A stretch of DNA of 63,921 bases, the filler included, from Collodictyon triciliatum (lineage: Eukaryota), in assembly GCA_043381765.1 (NCBI GenBank). It is 3 parts of 3 records of this genome, joined end to end, with 100 filler letters (N's around TTAATTAATTAA, not from the genome) between each part and the next. Parts side by side here need not be neighbours in the genome. Positions count along the whole stretch, not along the records: positions 24,408 to 48,696 come from JBHJMP010001089.1; positions 48,797 to 63,921 come from JBHJMP010001106.1; 1 more part is not named here. One strand, written 5' to 3'. Below the pieces are notes generated by a model, which did no database searches, was not told the DNA's origin, and saw only the letters and a list, made by a program, of their open reading frames with translations. Both the position numbers and the translations under genes were made by a program. Positions 37,932 through 51,441 of the stretch are shown piece after piece; position 1 is the stretch's first letter; each line of letters begins with the position of its first letter.

Positions 37932-40900
37932 TTACTTTTTCATTAACTTGCTGAGCTCCAAGATAGTCTCGTTAATCGAGGGACGGGCAGCGGGGCGGGC
38001 ATCCCAGCTGCGTGATATAACGCTGGATATAGAGGGATGGAGCTCCTTTGGAAGCTGGGGTCTCACACTCGACGCAGATGCTAGCAATGAAGAATTATGG
38101 AGAAAAGAAATAAAAAAAAAGAAAACAAGAGATATTATTATGTCTTGGGCGATTCATAACGTCTTCAAATAGCATATCTTATTGGGAAGAGCTTTTCATC
38201 CAATCAAAAATAAATACTTCGGGCGAATTCCTCCATGGTTTTGCATGCGAACGGAGACTAGATATGAGGGAGGTGATGAGAATCAATGGAATTGCATTTC
38301 TACAGTCTAATCTAAGAAATGAACCAACTGAAGATGGAAATCATAGCAGGTAAGTTGAGGTGAAGAAAACGCAATTCTCTGACACAAAATAGAAAATGAT
38401 GCAAAGAAGCATACCTGGTAGAAGGTGCACTCGAAGACAACTATGCCGTAGGCATAGACATCCACTTTCTCGTCATAAGGCTAGATGAGAATGGTTAAAA
38501 ATGGAAAAGAGGAGAAAGCTTTATTGGCGCAAAAGAATGATCGAAAATTAAATGAACTCCAATACCTCATTCTTCCACACTTCGGGCGCCATGTATGCCT
38601 ATTTAATAAGTTAAATAGTGATTATGTTAAACAATACACGCCAACGAGATAAAATATCGCTGTCAAAAATGAACACTTGCTATAGTAAATAAATGATTGA
38701 CATATGTAAAAAGTGTTCAACATGTCTTTTTTTGAATAAGTTGCGGATCTGGCAGCATGGAGCAACTCACAGGAGTCCCGCACATTTCTTGGGCTTTTGA
38801 CGATGCGGTACGAATAGTGGACAATCCAAAGTCTGCTAGTTTGGGCGTCATGTTGTCATCCAGTAGTACGTTGTCAGGTTTCAAGTCGCTGTTGTAAGAT
38901 TATTTTTTTTATTCATCAGTAAATCAGAAATTCATTTAAGAAATGTGAATTAGGTGCGATATTTAATATTGCATTACACATAGCTACACGTAATAGTTCA
39001 ACATCTAGTTGATTGGGTAAGAAAAGGCAAAAATTAAATGCTAGCATAGTAAAGAGGACCGATGGATAATCTTTGGCTGACGAAGGTGGAGATAATTGAG
39101 GCCGATGGCTATTCCGAGGATGACTTGCAAATATGTCTCTCTTGTGAGACCCTTCTTTTGAAGGACACCTGTCAGCGTTCCCTTACCGCAGTATCTACAT
39201 CACCGTTGTACAAAGATTAATTAGTCTTAGAAAAAATAGGGGGTTCTTCCGTTTCATATAGATGTTTCCATACTCAGTAACCATCAAAAAGTTTGGGGGA
39301 TTCATATTTGCTCCAAGGAACAGAACGCAATTTGGGTGTCTGATTTTGCTAAGTAGAGTGACCTCGTCTTGGAAATCTTAATTCATTTTTGAAGTTGATC
39401 ATTTTTTATTCATAGAGTGCAGAGCACAAAAGATAAATATATATAATTAATGAACAGATGGCGCAGGAAAATAATAGAGACCAAATCATGCCTTTTTGGA
39501 CGCGCAAGTCTCGTTGGATGTCTTTCAAGACTTTAACAGCTACCTTTGCCCCTCTCCATGTACCTGAAGACAAGAATTTGTATAATGAAAAAAAAATTAT
39601 TAATCGTATTAAACAATCCTTTCTACAAAGATGGCGAAAATCGCACACATATGAACGAAGAGATGTACTGTAGATAAATAATGGATAATCTCACCCGCAT
39701 AGACTTCTCCGAAGCTTCCCTCACCAAGTTTAGTGGATGTCTTAAGCTCACTTGGTTGAATTTCCCATTCAAATCCTCGGCTCTGAGGTAGGTGGTTATT
39801 CATTTATTTTTTGGGGGAAAAAAAGAGAGAGAAAAAAGACAATCATAATCAAATATATTATATAAACGCAACATTACCTCGGTGACAAGCTTGGAAAAAA
39901 TGCTCGGGTTTAATTGTCCAGCGGAAATTCCCCGAAGGAATTCGTCAATACAGATTGTGCCAGTTCCATCAGAATCAATCTGGGCACAAATATTGATGGG
40001 ATGAATCATTCATAACGTTTCTCAAATTGCGATATTCAAGCACAACATTTGTTCTTACTAGGAAAAAAAGTCTCTGGATATCAGCATCAGAATAGGCGGG
40101 GTCGGCAGTTTTGATTGCTTTCTTAAACTCAGATATTGTAACTTGGTCATTTCCGTCAGCATCCAATCTTAAGATATGTAGGATGTGCAATTTGAAGTGG
40201 TTTACAAACTTAATGCTGTGATAAACATATGTGAAGCTTTCATAGTTTGTGACAATAATCAGAAGAAAAATTCATTTACTTTTCGAAGAGAGTCAGGGCT
40301 GCTTGCATCTCCTTAGCTGTGAGACGGCGATGCCCTCCTTGTGCAGATCCGCTTTGAATAGGCGATGAGGTCGGGCCAGAGGTGGGTGCAACGCCACGGT
40401 GGCTTGAAGAAGGACGGTCTGTTTTTCATCGGTTAAATAGGTGACTGTGATTTTCATTCCATGGGCCATATACTGTCGGATCATCACTGTAAGATATATA
40501 GATATTTGAATTACTTTTATGTAAATTGGGAAAACATACTGGTCAATACTTCCAACAGTCTTATTTGAGGATCTCTCGTGGCTTCTAAAAACTCTGACCA
40601 TACGATCTTTCCCGAGCTTTATTTTTTTTAAAAATTATGAATATAGTGATTAATTTATCTCATTAAAGAGGAATCGTATTAATACATGAATCCTATCAAG
40701 CTATTTGATAAGGGTGATGCGCTTCTTTTTTTTTTAAAAAAAAAAAAAGAACAAAAATAAGGCTGCGCAGAGAATATTTTCTGGTTATGCTACCGGTTTC
40801 GGTCGATCCTCCAGAAGATGCTCTCTGCTTGTTGCTGTTTGAAAAGAAATGATGAATACAGAAACATGAAATAAAATAAAATAATAAGAAAATGTGGAGA

Positions 40901-41442
40901 AAAATTTGCCTCTATAATAACAAAGACAAAGACAAAGACAAAGACAAAGACAAAGACAAAGACAAAGACAAAGACAAAGACAAAGACAAAGACAAAGACA
41001 TTGACAATAGCAACACCAACAATAAAATTAACAATAATAAAAAATGGTATTAGTAATTAAACATCGCTTACTTGAGACATGGATGGATTATTGAGCTGGA
41101 TAAAGTAGAAAAACTCGTTGAAGTTCAGGCTTCCATTTTTCTCGAGATCGATGCGATCGAAAAGCTGCTTGAGCTCCACAACAGGGTCGACTGGCCCGCT
41201 GGGCTGCTGCTGTGGTGGCGGCTGTTGGTAGAATCCGAATTGGGGGTTATATCCAGCCTACACAACATGATCAGAGCCGATGTAAACCAGTGGAGGATCA
41301 GCCAACGTGTCACAAGCCATATGCTACTTTCAACAAGGGGAGACATATCTTAGAGGCGGAGAAAAGAGAAGAAGAAGAAAAAAACCCTCAACAAAACAAG
41401 AGTTTATGTGTGAGAAAAGCCGAACGAAAACATTCGTACCAT
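37932..41442 (-). CDS. 4xEF-hand plus C-terminal TKL kinase, paralog A (RD kinase)
   Basis: EF loops DLEKNGSLNFNE, DRNRSGKIVWSE, DADGNDQVTISE and DSDGTGTICIDE; WEIQPSEL..LGEGSFGEVYAGTWRGAKVAVK; RHPNCVLFLGA; HRDLKPDN; DFG; GTPAYMAPE. The first coding exon is ATG only. Confidence 0.93.
40920..41000. repeat. (GACAAA)n microsatellite in intron
   Basis: Direct reading. Confidence 0.9.
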
Positions 41443-41776
41443 CTCTGTCTTGTCGGGCGATCGCAAAGTCAGGGGGCCAAAGAGTCTGTCGGCTCTGTTT
41501 GCTTGAGGTATTTATGTTTTGGCCATTGGTTTATGAAAAGAAGGCATCAAACGTTGCGCATATTCATGAGTGTGGAGTGAAAAGGATGCAGACTCCAAAG
41601 GGGTTCGGGCTGCTTCTTCACTCTGCCTTGTGATTTAACAGGCGAAGGTGTTTTGAGGTTTTCCGTCTGTGAAGGAATCACAGCGCAGTCTTTAAGCGGC
41701 AGTCTTTGTTGTTTCTATTCTTTCGGCTCTTCGATCGGCTTCTTGTTGCAATAGAATTTTCAAAGAATATGTATAT

Positions 41777-43272
41777 ATGTGGATTAAGCGTACCTGCCAA
41801 TTGTCTTCAAGCACGGAATGCACAACAGGAGAAACGGAAGCCGCACAAACGCCCAAGCGGAAGCCAGATAGACAGATTAAACTGCACAAGAAAGAGAAAA
41901 ACTAACACACATCCCTGAAGCGAAAGGAATTGGCAATCTATCTTTCAAAGAGGGTGCGAGCTATGCCTTGGAGCTTATCTGGGTTGATTTAAGGTATACT
42001 TTCGTGGTTTCAATTTTGCCTTTCGTTGTTCTTCTGTTCAGTCTTTCTCCATTATGGATTCTTTGCGACCGTGTCTCAACAAAATCTCTCAGTCGGTATT
42101 ACACAGGCCTCATTGATGTTGTAAGTCTACCGTTATCAATTTTAAGGACATGTCTTGTTGCTTGCATAGTCGGCAGTCCTAGACTAATGCTTCCTATTCT
42201 ACTAAAGTTTGGTCCATTTTGTTTCTCTGTTGATTTGCTTTTACGGTTATCAGTCTTACTTTATGACAGTGAGCTTTTTAATTTCATCGGGCTCGTTTGG
42301 TTTGCAGTGACAATTTTCATACTTGGTTATGCAGCACATAGACTCATAAAACCGTTACCAGGGATGAGTTTACACGAGAAAATAGGATGTCATATTATCA
42401 GGGATGGAATCGCTGTGGATTCCATTAAAATCACAATGTCATTTGTGATTGTATGCAATTTTATTGTCCAACTCATTCCTTTATATAAGGAATCAAGTTA
42501 TACACACCAGCTTGTAACAAGGGTGTTTGTATTTGAATTTCTATTGTTAACACAGGATTTATATCAAAATTTTCTTCTGGGGAGGAAATCAAGCATCGGA
42601 GTGTTACATAAGTTATACTTGCTATATTCATTTGATATGGTATTGCATTTTTTCACACGAACATTATCACTTCTATCCAACAATGGGCTACAAGGGCTCA
42701 TTGAAATGTCTGCTGGAACTGCAATATTCGATATATTAGGTGAGGTTACGTACTCTAAGAGATATATCATATTTCGAGATATGTATCGACGTTTAAGGGA
42801 TTCCAGGGGTTTTTCGCACACTCTTAGAGCTCCTTTTCAATCACAAAGTATTTTTCCAATACCACAGAATGGAGAGGCAAGGGATTCAGTCACCCGACAT
42901 CAATTCAATACTAGTTACCCTTGTGACGTTCCTACACGAAATCGGTACTACAGAATGATGTTTTTGAGTATGAACTTCAGAATGCAAATATCAACAGTGC
43001 TTTTTAGCACCACATTCATTTTTGGAACCCGGTGTATATCCGCACTTAAAGTTGCACATGAGCTGGACTCTGTACCAGTGTACGTGCAATTTCTATTTTA
43101 CCAATTGTCCATAGTTTTACTTTCGCGATTCCTATGCTTGATGTTGATGTTGCACCAGGGCACTTACCCCAAAATTGAAAATCCAAAGTCATCTCCCGAC
43201 ATTATTTTCTACGAATTTTGTGTCCACATACTTTGTTGCTTCATAAATTACGAACGATTGGTTAAAACGTAG
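41777..43272 (+). CDS. Orphan multipass membrane protein, essentially one long exon
   Basis: Frame open for over 430 codons with many hydrophobic segments. The probable start is a micro-exon ATGTGGATTAAGC|GT at 41777 spliced to an acceptor at ~41920 (uncertain). Confidence 0.7.
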
Positions 43273-44048
43273 ATTCCGAATCATCCATGGGTTGGTTGGC
43301 GATTATATTCTATTTACATAATTCCCATTAATATGATTACAGCAGAAGTCCATATTGAAACGAACGGTTTAAAAAACATAGCGAGTATTTTCCAAACTTA
43401 AGAAATCGAGAACAATCTCATACCCTGAGGTTTTTTCTTTACAGGCTTATCAGTTCAATGCAGCGGCGGTTATTTTGGAAACGATGTATTCTCTCGTAAG
43501 TAAGGCTCCTATTATGTTAAAGTTTTCTCTTAGGAAGATGCTGTTGAAAGCCACATCATTTTGCCGCATAGTGCTTGTTCATAGCTCTTATGAACTGTCC
43601 CATCGTTGATATTATGCAACTCCATTTCTGGGATTACATATGCATACAATCATGGAAAACAAATTTTCTCTATATTAATTATTCACATCCACCCGAAATT
43701 AGTCATAGGTCTTTATGGTTCTATGAAGGCTGAAGCGACTCTATTTTTTTTTTTAATTCTTTCATTCGACAACAGTCTGCCGCACTATATCACCAAGTCC
43801 TCGGTCAGCACAAAATAATAATGCCTTATATCTGCCATGAATGGCTGTTTCTGTCATTTTAAGTTAAGACAATCGCACACAGATTTCATGTGATAAACTC
43901 TTCAAATATCATAAAGTCCACCAAGTGCTTAATATCCTATGATTGCAAAAGGAAAATATGTAGAGCTTTTTTCCCCATTTTTCTTTTTCTTTCTCGACAA
44001 TAGACGCGCATAACACTCGACAACAAAATTCAAAACCTATATAAAAAA

Positions 44049-44150
44049 AAGGAAAGAAAAGGAAAGAAAAGGAAAGAAAAGGAAAGAAAAGGAAAGAAAA
44101 GGAAAGAAAAGGAAAGAAAAGGAAAGAAAAGGAAAGAAAAGGAAAGAAAA
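44049..44150. repeat. (GGAAAGAAAA)n repeat
   Basis: Direct reading. Confidence 0.9.
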
Positions 44151-44565
44151 CTTCATAGAATTTCGGTCGATGTCTGGTAAAAGACTTTTGTCAGGGGTTA
44201 GGTCAGAAGTGAGAAGTACCAACGCCAGTTGAGACAACTCAAGTTAGAGGCTTGCAGCGAGGTAAATGATATCTTGTATTATATGAGACGAGCCCGAGCC
44301 CGCACCGAAAATAAGTCGGAAATAGCCCAGTGCACGGACAAATTACCATTCGCATTTTTTCTTGGAGTTTAATATTGAAGTGTAAATCCATGACTATTGC
44401 GGCCGCCAAACTTTGATGGAAAGACATTCCCTTGAGCAAGACGATGACGGAAGGAAAATGGAAAGATAGCCATTGTATGAAAGAAAGGAGGCCGGTATAG
44501 GTGCTGTTCGATGTTCCATTTGGTGAATGAGATTTCCTCGTTTTTATCGTGTAAAATGCACGAGT

Positions 44566-47500
44566 CTACTTCTTCAGCAACTTACTCAATTCCAAGACAT
44601 TTTCATTCATAGAGGGACGTACACTTGGTTGTGGGTCCCAGTTGCGTGATATGACAGTAGAAATTGATGGGTTCAACTGCTTGGGGAGCTTCGGTCTCAA
44701 GCTAGATGCAGAGGCTGACGGAAAGAAAACAAAAGAAAACATAAGAAAACAAATGACAAGACAAGAAAACAAAAGAAAACAAAAGAAAACAAAAGAAAAC
44801 AAAAGAAAACAAAAGAAAACAAAAGAAAACAAAAGAAAACAAAATAAAACAAAAGAAAACAAAAGACAAGACAAGACAAGACAAGACAAGACAAGACAAG
44901 ACAAGACAAGACAAGACAAGACAAGACAAGACAAGACAAGACAAGACAAGACAAGACAGGACAGGACAGGACAGGACAGGACAAAAATGATATTTAATAC
45001 AGGCTATATAATTTATTTAGATTTTGTACTTTTTGTTCATAACATAATTTTTACCATATTGCTTTTCAAGAAACTATAAAAAGAAAAAATTGACACATAA
45101 ATGCATTGGGAAATCTTAAAGCATTACTTAAAGTGTACTGGTGCACGGTTTTGCATGAGAACGGAGACTAATGATGTGGATAGGTAAAATAGCAAATCAG
45201 AACAGGGACCATATTTTGCACAATATTACTAGCTTTTATGTTTCGTTTATTTGTAAATGCTTTCAATCGAATAAAGGTTTTTTTTTTTTTGGAATTTACT
45301 GCACATGATTGAGCGACTAAAATATTTAAAGAAATAATATATCAACTATATTTATAATTATTCTAGATTACCTGATAGAATGTACACTCATAAACGATGA
45401 CTCCATAAGCATACGCGTCCACCTTCTCGTCGTGTGGCTGCGAGACAGAAACTTTGTTTAGAAATTCGACTTTGTAAGAAAAAAAAGATAATTTGAAGTT
45501 AAACCTCATTCCTCCATAATTCAGGAGCTGTGTACGCCTATTCGAAAACATTTTTAAAAAAAAACCACAGATTACTTCTCTATGTGCTTTTTCCCGTAGC
45601 GCAATCAAGAGGAATAACATTTGAGTAACAAGGAAAAAATTCATAATATAAAAGCACGTAGCCACATACAGGACTGCGGCACATCTCTTTCGCTTTTGAT
45701 GATGCTGTGCGAATACTAGACAACCCAAAGTCTGTCAGCTTTGGCGTCATATTGTCATCCAGCAGAACATTCTCAGGTTTCAGGTCACTAATTATTGTGA
45801 TTTTTTTAATTTTGTTTCATAATATAATACCAAAATCTAGATGAGAAACTAAAGTAAAATTTACATGATAATTATTGAATATATTGGGATATTGTAAGTA
45901 AACTATTAATATAATGTTAAAAAGGACAAAAATAAGCAAATATGTGTTCGTTTTAATCCACCCGTGAATGATTTTTGGCTGGCGAAGGTGGAGGTAATTG
46001 AGGCCAATAGCCATTCCAAGGATGACTTTAAGGTAGGTCTCTTTCGTGAAGGTCTTCTTCTTGAGGACATCAGCCAGCGTTCCCTTTCCGCAGTATCTAT
46101 ATTTGAGGCGCATAAAGGGTATCTGGTCAAAAAAATTACCTCTGTAATCATATGTAGTTGTTTCAGTCTATACTCCTTATCGAGGGCCTCGAATGTTTTC
46201 TGTGAGGATTATCTCCATACTCTGTGATTATCATAAAGTTCGGGGGGTTCATATTTGCTCCAAGGAACAGCACACAGTTTGGATGTCTGATTTGACTGAG
46301 GAGAGCAAGTTCATCTTGAAAATCTACATTTAATTGATGATAATGGAAAGATAATTAGATGTTTTACCGATTAATTTCGCGATTAATTTTACTGCTATGA
46401 TTGTTATATATATATTAGTTTTTGTTACGAGAGAGTATCGACGAAACTAGAGCATGGAAAATAAAGGTGGCAGTGAATGTCTCACCTTTTTGAGTGCGCA
46501 AGTCTCGCTGGATATCTTTCAAGATTTTGACGGCCACCTTCGCTCCTCTCCACAGACCTGTAACAAAAAAAACCAGGGAAAAATAAAGATCATCGACAAT
46601 TGGTGCAACTGAGTAGCCATGATATATGGCGTACGGATGTAATATTGAGTATATGTAAATGGGCTATATGAGTAATTTCACCAGCGTAAGCGTCACCAAA
46701 ACTTCCTTCGTTTAGTTTATTGCTTATCCTTAATTGATTTGGCTGAATTTCCCAATCAAAGCCTTCTTCCTACGATGATGAGGTCAGTTGTGAAATCAAA
46801 CAAATAACAATAATTATTATAATTACATGTTATCCGTAATATGTAATAGTAACCTCAGATACCATCTTGGAAAAAATTATCGTGTTCAGTTGGCCTGACG
46901 AAATTCCACGAAGGAACTCATCAACAGAGATTGTCCCAGTGCCATCAGAATCAATCTGAAATACTTGATTCAGAGAGTGGCTTTCATTTTATGATGTACA
47001 TTTCCAATTGTTTGTGTAAATACATTCGCCTACCAAAAAGAACAATTTCTCTATATCGGCATCAGGATAGGTGGGATCGGCCTCATTAATTGCCTGTTTA
47101 AACTCAGCAATAGTCACTTCGTAATTTCCATCGACATCCAGCCTTATAATTTTGGAACCAATAAAAAAAGAAAAAAGAAAGAGGTAAGGGTTAATACTTC
47201 GACACAAGACCCATATACAAAGGTCTTAAGTTTAGATACTATTTACCTTTCAAATAGAGCTAGAGCCGCTTCTGTCTCTTTGGCAGTAAGACGGCGTTGT
47301 CCTCCTTGGTTTGGGGCCAATATCGAATGGTTGAGATAAGGGACACCATGCCGGGTTGAAGACGATCGACCTGAAATCATTTTATTCTCAAACTATGTTT
47401 GTTGTGGTGGTCCAAAAAAAGAAAAAAAAGAAACATAGTATAATCGTGCCATACATGCACTTCATCAATTGCGTTAAATATCGACATGGATAAGGGAGTC

Positions 47501-48186
47501 ACAAACTAGTAAGTAATTCCAAGAGCCTCATTTGCGGGTCTCTTATCGCCTCTAAAAACTCTGTCCATACGATTTTCCCCGAGCTATCCGGGAATAAGCC
47601 ATCCATTTGTTTGTAAATAAGGTTAAAGCGATGGGTTTGTGTGAGTATCTAAATGAGTACCCTTATTTGAATGGGAATCATATTATCAAGCCGAGAGCAA
47701 CAGCTGTTTGCGATGTACGAAAGTTTTACTACCGATTCCTATCGATCTTCCAAAAGATGGCTTCTGCTTGTTGCTATTTTGAGAATGATTTATTAGAAGA
47801 GGCTAAGCAACAGAGATGTCCGAGAGGCATAATAAAACGAGATAACTGCAATATATATATATATATATATATTTATATGTCTGGAAAATCACTTACTTGG
47901 GGCATCGAGGGGTTGTTGAGCTGGATAAAGTAAAAGAACTCGTTGAAGTTGAGGCTCCCATTTTGGTCCTGATCGATGCGCTGAAAAAGTTGCTTCAGCT
48001 CCGCAATGGGGTCGAAGCGAGGTTGCTGGTAAAAGCCAAAGTAAGGATTGTAGCCAGCCTAAGGAGTAGCGCCAAAGCAAAGCCAAACAGATAAGGTTTG
48101 AGATAAGCAACTTCGCTTCTCGATTCGCACGTTGGGTTGGAGATAATGGACACGCTAGAAAAGCTCAAAGAAATCTTTCGTACCAT
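44566..48186 (-). CDS. 4xEF-hand plus C-terminal TKL kinase, paralog B (non-RD, altered Gly-loop and activation loop)
   Basis: Exon structure largely matches paralog A. EF loops DQDQNGSLNFNE, DRNRSGKIVWTE, DVDGNYEVTIAE and DSDGTGTISVDE; LNEGSFGDAY; VAVK; HGDLKPEN; DFG; MCRSPAYTAPE. Confidence 0.93.
44723..44985. repeat. (GAAAACAAAA)n/(GACAA)n/(GACAG)n compound repeat in the last intron
   Basis: Direct reading. Confidence 0.9.
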
Positions 48187-48696
48187 GGCACTTTCGTTGC
48201 GAGTTCGCGAAGTCGAAATAAAAGGGGCCTCTTGGCTCTGTTATTATGTCGGTTAGGATTTGCTCTTTGCACAAGAATAAACCCCTGCAAATGTGTATTG
48301 GCTGTGAGGAAGGCGGATAACGCCGACTACGGCTATCGTCGGTAACTTCTGGAGTCCGCCCGGTGTTGCGGGCGCTTTAACCAAAAAAGATAATTGGCTG
48401 GTTGCTGACCTTTTTATCTTTCTTTTTTCTTCTTTTTTTAGTTCCCTTTCTTTTTCTCTCTTTTCTCTTTTTTCTCTCTTTTTTCTTCTTTTTTAGTTCC
48501 CTTTCTTTTTCTCTCTTTTCTCTTTTTTCTCTCTTTTTTCTCTCTTTTTTTCTCTCTTTTTTTCTCTCTTTTCTCTTTTTTCTCTCTCTTTTTTCTCTTT
48601 TTTCTCTCTTTTTTCTCTCTTTTTTCTCTCTTTTTTCTCTCTTTTTTCTCTCTTTTTTCTCTCTTTTTTCTCTCTTTTTTTCTCTCTTTTTTTCTC

Positions 48697-48796
48697 NNNN
48701 NNNNNNNNNNNNNNNNNNNNNNNNNNNNNNNNNNNNNNNNTTAATTAATTAANNNNNNNNNNNNNNNNNNNNNNNNNNNNNNNNNNNNNNNNNNNN
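48697..48796. other. Artificial contig linker (N44-TTAATTAATTAA-N44) flanked by low-complexity tracts
   Basis: Same block as at 24308. Confidence 0.95.
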
Positions 48797-49524
48797 AAAA
48801 AAGAAAAAAGAAAAAAGAAAAAAGAAAAAGAAAAAAGAAAAAAGAAAAAAGAAAAAAGAAAAAAGAAAAAAGAAAAAAGAAAAAAGAAAAAAGAAGAAAA
48901 AATGAAAAAAGAAAAAAGAAAAAAGAAGAAAAAATGAAAAAAGGGATAATTGATTAAAAAAGAAACGGAAATGAGGGATATAAGAAAAAATCGGAATAGA
49001 ACATGGTTAAGAGCAAAAAAGATTGAAGCAAGGCAAAGAAAACAATAGGAAAGGCGCTCGGGTCAGGCAAATCGAGCAAAAAAAAGGCTGCGGACTTGTA
49101 GGCGCCGAGAATCAGATGGTAGGCAACTACGTGACATATTTGTCTTTTGCCGACAATCTCTTTCGACAAATAGGATGTAAAATTAACGAGGTATGGAACT
49201 CTATGTGCATACCTAAACAATACATTATTCCACAAACGGTTTAATTGTGTTTCCTGTTTTGGAATGGATACAAGTCTTCATACGGTTGCATTGACAATTT
49301 TGCATCGATTCGCATAGTATTCAAAGAAATTATCTAAAAGCAAGGTCTCTGTTCAACCGAATCCATATTTGTAATGACAGTTTGTTTGGTTTATGAATCG
49401 TCAAAAATCCAATTAAGTTATGAATTCTCCAGCCGATCCAAAAAGGCTGTGATGTAGTCCTGTCCAAAATGGGATGTAAGGGCAATGCTGTGCGCACTCA
49501 ATAAATTGTGATTTCATCACCAAG

Positions 49525-51080
49525 TCAAATAAGTTGCATTCCTGCCTACAGACACATTATACAATCGAACCAAACCAGCTTGGCCGCATTCTTTTGGGCG
49601 ATATCCAACTTCTCATTCAAAGATTCTCGAAGTTTCTGTATAGTTTCATCGTACTCCGCAAATGTCGTCCTTTGGGCCTCAAGTCTTGTGTCAAGTTCCT
49701 TTGTAAATCTAGTCATCGGCCATCGTGAGTAAATGGATGCAGCAAAAAAATAAAATAAAAATGGTGACAGAAAAACACCACGTGGTAAAAAAACCTTGAA
49801 ACAAACAGAAGTTTGGAATAAATTATAGAATTACGATGACTGAAGGGTCGACTGCAGGGATGATGACTGCTGCTCCAAGCGTTCATCAAGTATGCTTGTT
49901 GTTTCGCGGATGATAATTACATGCTCCTGGGTTTTCATTCGGAATTGGATCGTTGTGTCAAAACCAAAATTATTTCACATTCTTTATATATTCTTCCAGA
50001 AAGACATAGAAAAACATTGGAATGGAAGGGAAATGATTGCTCACGGCACTAATCTGTTTTCCTAGCTCATCAATTGATTCGGACAGTTTGTTCAACCTAT
50101 TTCTGAGCTCTTCCTAAAATAATAAGTAAATAAATACATAAATAAATATGGACTCAAGAAATAATGTATCTAATCCATCATTCTATCTTGTGCAAATAAT
50201 GGTTAAAAAAAAGTTATTCGAGTTCACACAAAGTCGATTAATTGTGCAATAGTACTGAATTTATAAAATACCGAGGTTGCTCGAAGCAGTTGTTCTTGCT
50301 CGTTTAAGTGATCTTGCATTGTTTTCTTCACATTTTGAATGAGAGCACTTTGTTCATCAAAGCGAGAGTCAACCTTTTCTGTGAGTATCGCAATCAAGCC
50401 AGCCTAGAATATATTTCAAACGTTTATGTGTTCAAACATTACGATTGCGTCGAAAAAAAGTTGCATTTATCGCTGATAAAAGAGTTTCATCTCTGTATCA
50501 TATATCGCAGCATTTATGTATTAAGTCTGTGGCGATAAATTTTGATGGGAATGAAAAGCTTGTTCAAGAGAGGAGGAATATATGAGCGGCTTGTGTGCAA
50601 TCAACAGACGGACTTGGCGATCGAACTGCTGCTTCAATTGAGTAGACAAAGCCACATTTTCGTTCTTTGTTGCTTGTTTCGATCTCCACACCTACAATAA
50701 ATGTTAGCCTTTTAGCGATTTGATGTGTCAGATGATAAGAAGTTACGCTACTAAAGCGTTTATGAGAGCGCTTAAATCCGAGGGCACAAATAGGAAAATA
50801 TCCTGAAGGAGCTCAAAACAGAAACCACATCACTTCTTACCAAATAATGTTGATAGGCTCCAGCTAGCCAGCCAGATCGGTAGAGTGCAGACAACGCCCC
50901 GACCACACTGAAAGAGCTGAAGAGATCACGCGCCAAGGGAAAAAAGACTGAGCCGAGCAGCATTCGTTCTGCGATTCGATACCTTTGGAGGTTGTGATAA
51001 GCACGAGTTTTATTTCTGCTGCTCCTGTTCATAACCTGCTTGTATGTCATCTTTTTCTTCCTGGCACCTTGGGTTGCCAT
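49525..51080 (-). CDS. Protein with a hydrophobic segment followed by a coiled coil; weak resemblance to DUF1664 proteins
   Basis: MATQGARKKK...VVGALSALYRSGWLAGAYQHYL|VWRSKQATK...EKVDSRFDEQSALIQNVK...EELRNRLNKLSESIDEL. The start and the family are uncertain. Confidence 0.5.
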
Positions 51081-51441
51081 CTGTACAGGGTCGACGGAGA
51101 TCATATCCCTTCTTCGCGCATTCCCGATCTCGAGCGTGAAGCGTGAATCAGATCTTGGCTTGTCCTTGCAATGCATCTCAACAATTCCAGAAATGAAATT
51201 CAATGTCTTTTATACTTAGATGGAATATAAACCGATGTGGAAGCAGCGTCCGTACATGGCAAACACAGCAAGGCTTGTATCATTCCGCACTCACCAAACA
51301 AAATGAAGCTCGCAATCCTTTCACAGATGTACTTGACTAATATGCCAACGGGAATTCATTTTTTTAACTCATACACCTTAAAGTATTTCGGTTTAAGGGG
51401 TGATTGCCTTATTAAAAATGACCATTTAGCCCTCTGGGCTC

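Noticed and set aside
43480-44430. Possible small minus-strand gene (MSFHQSLAAAIVMDLHF...)
   Set aside because: Exon-like pieces exist, but I could not build a consistent spliced frame or recognise a family.
48310-48400. Cluster of small GC hairpins upstream of kinase B
   Set aside because: 4-5 bp stems are expected by chance in a GC-richer promoter.
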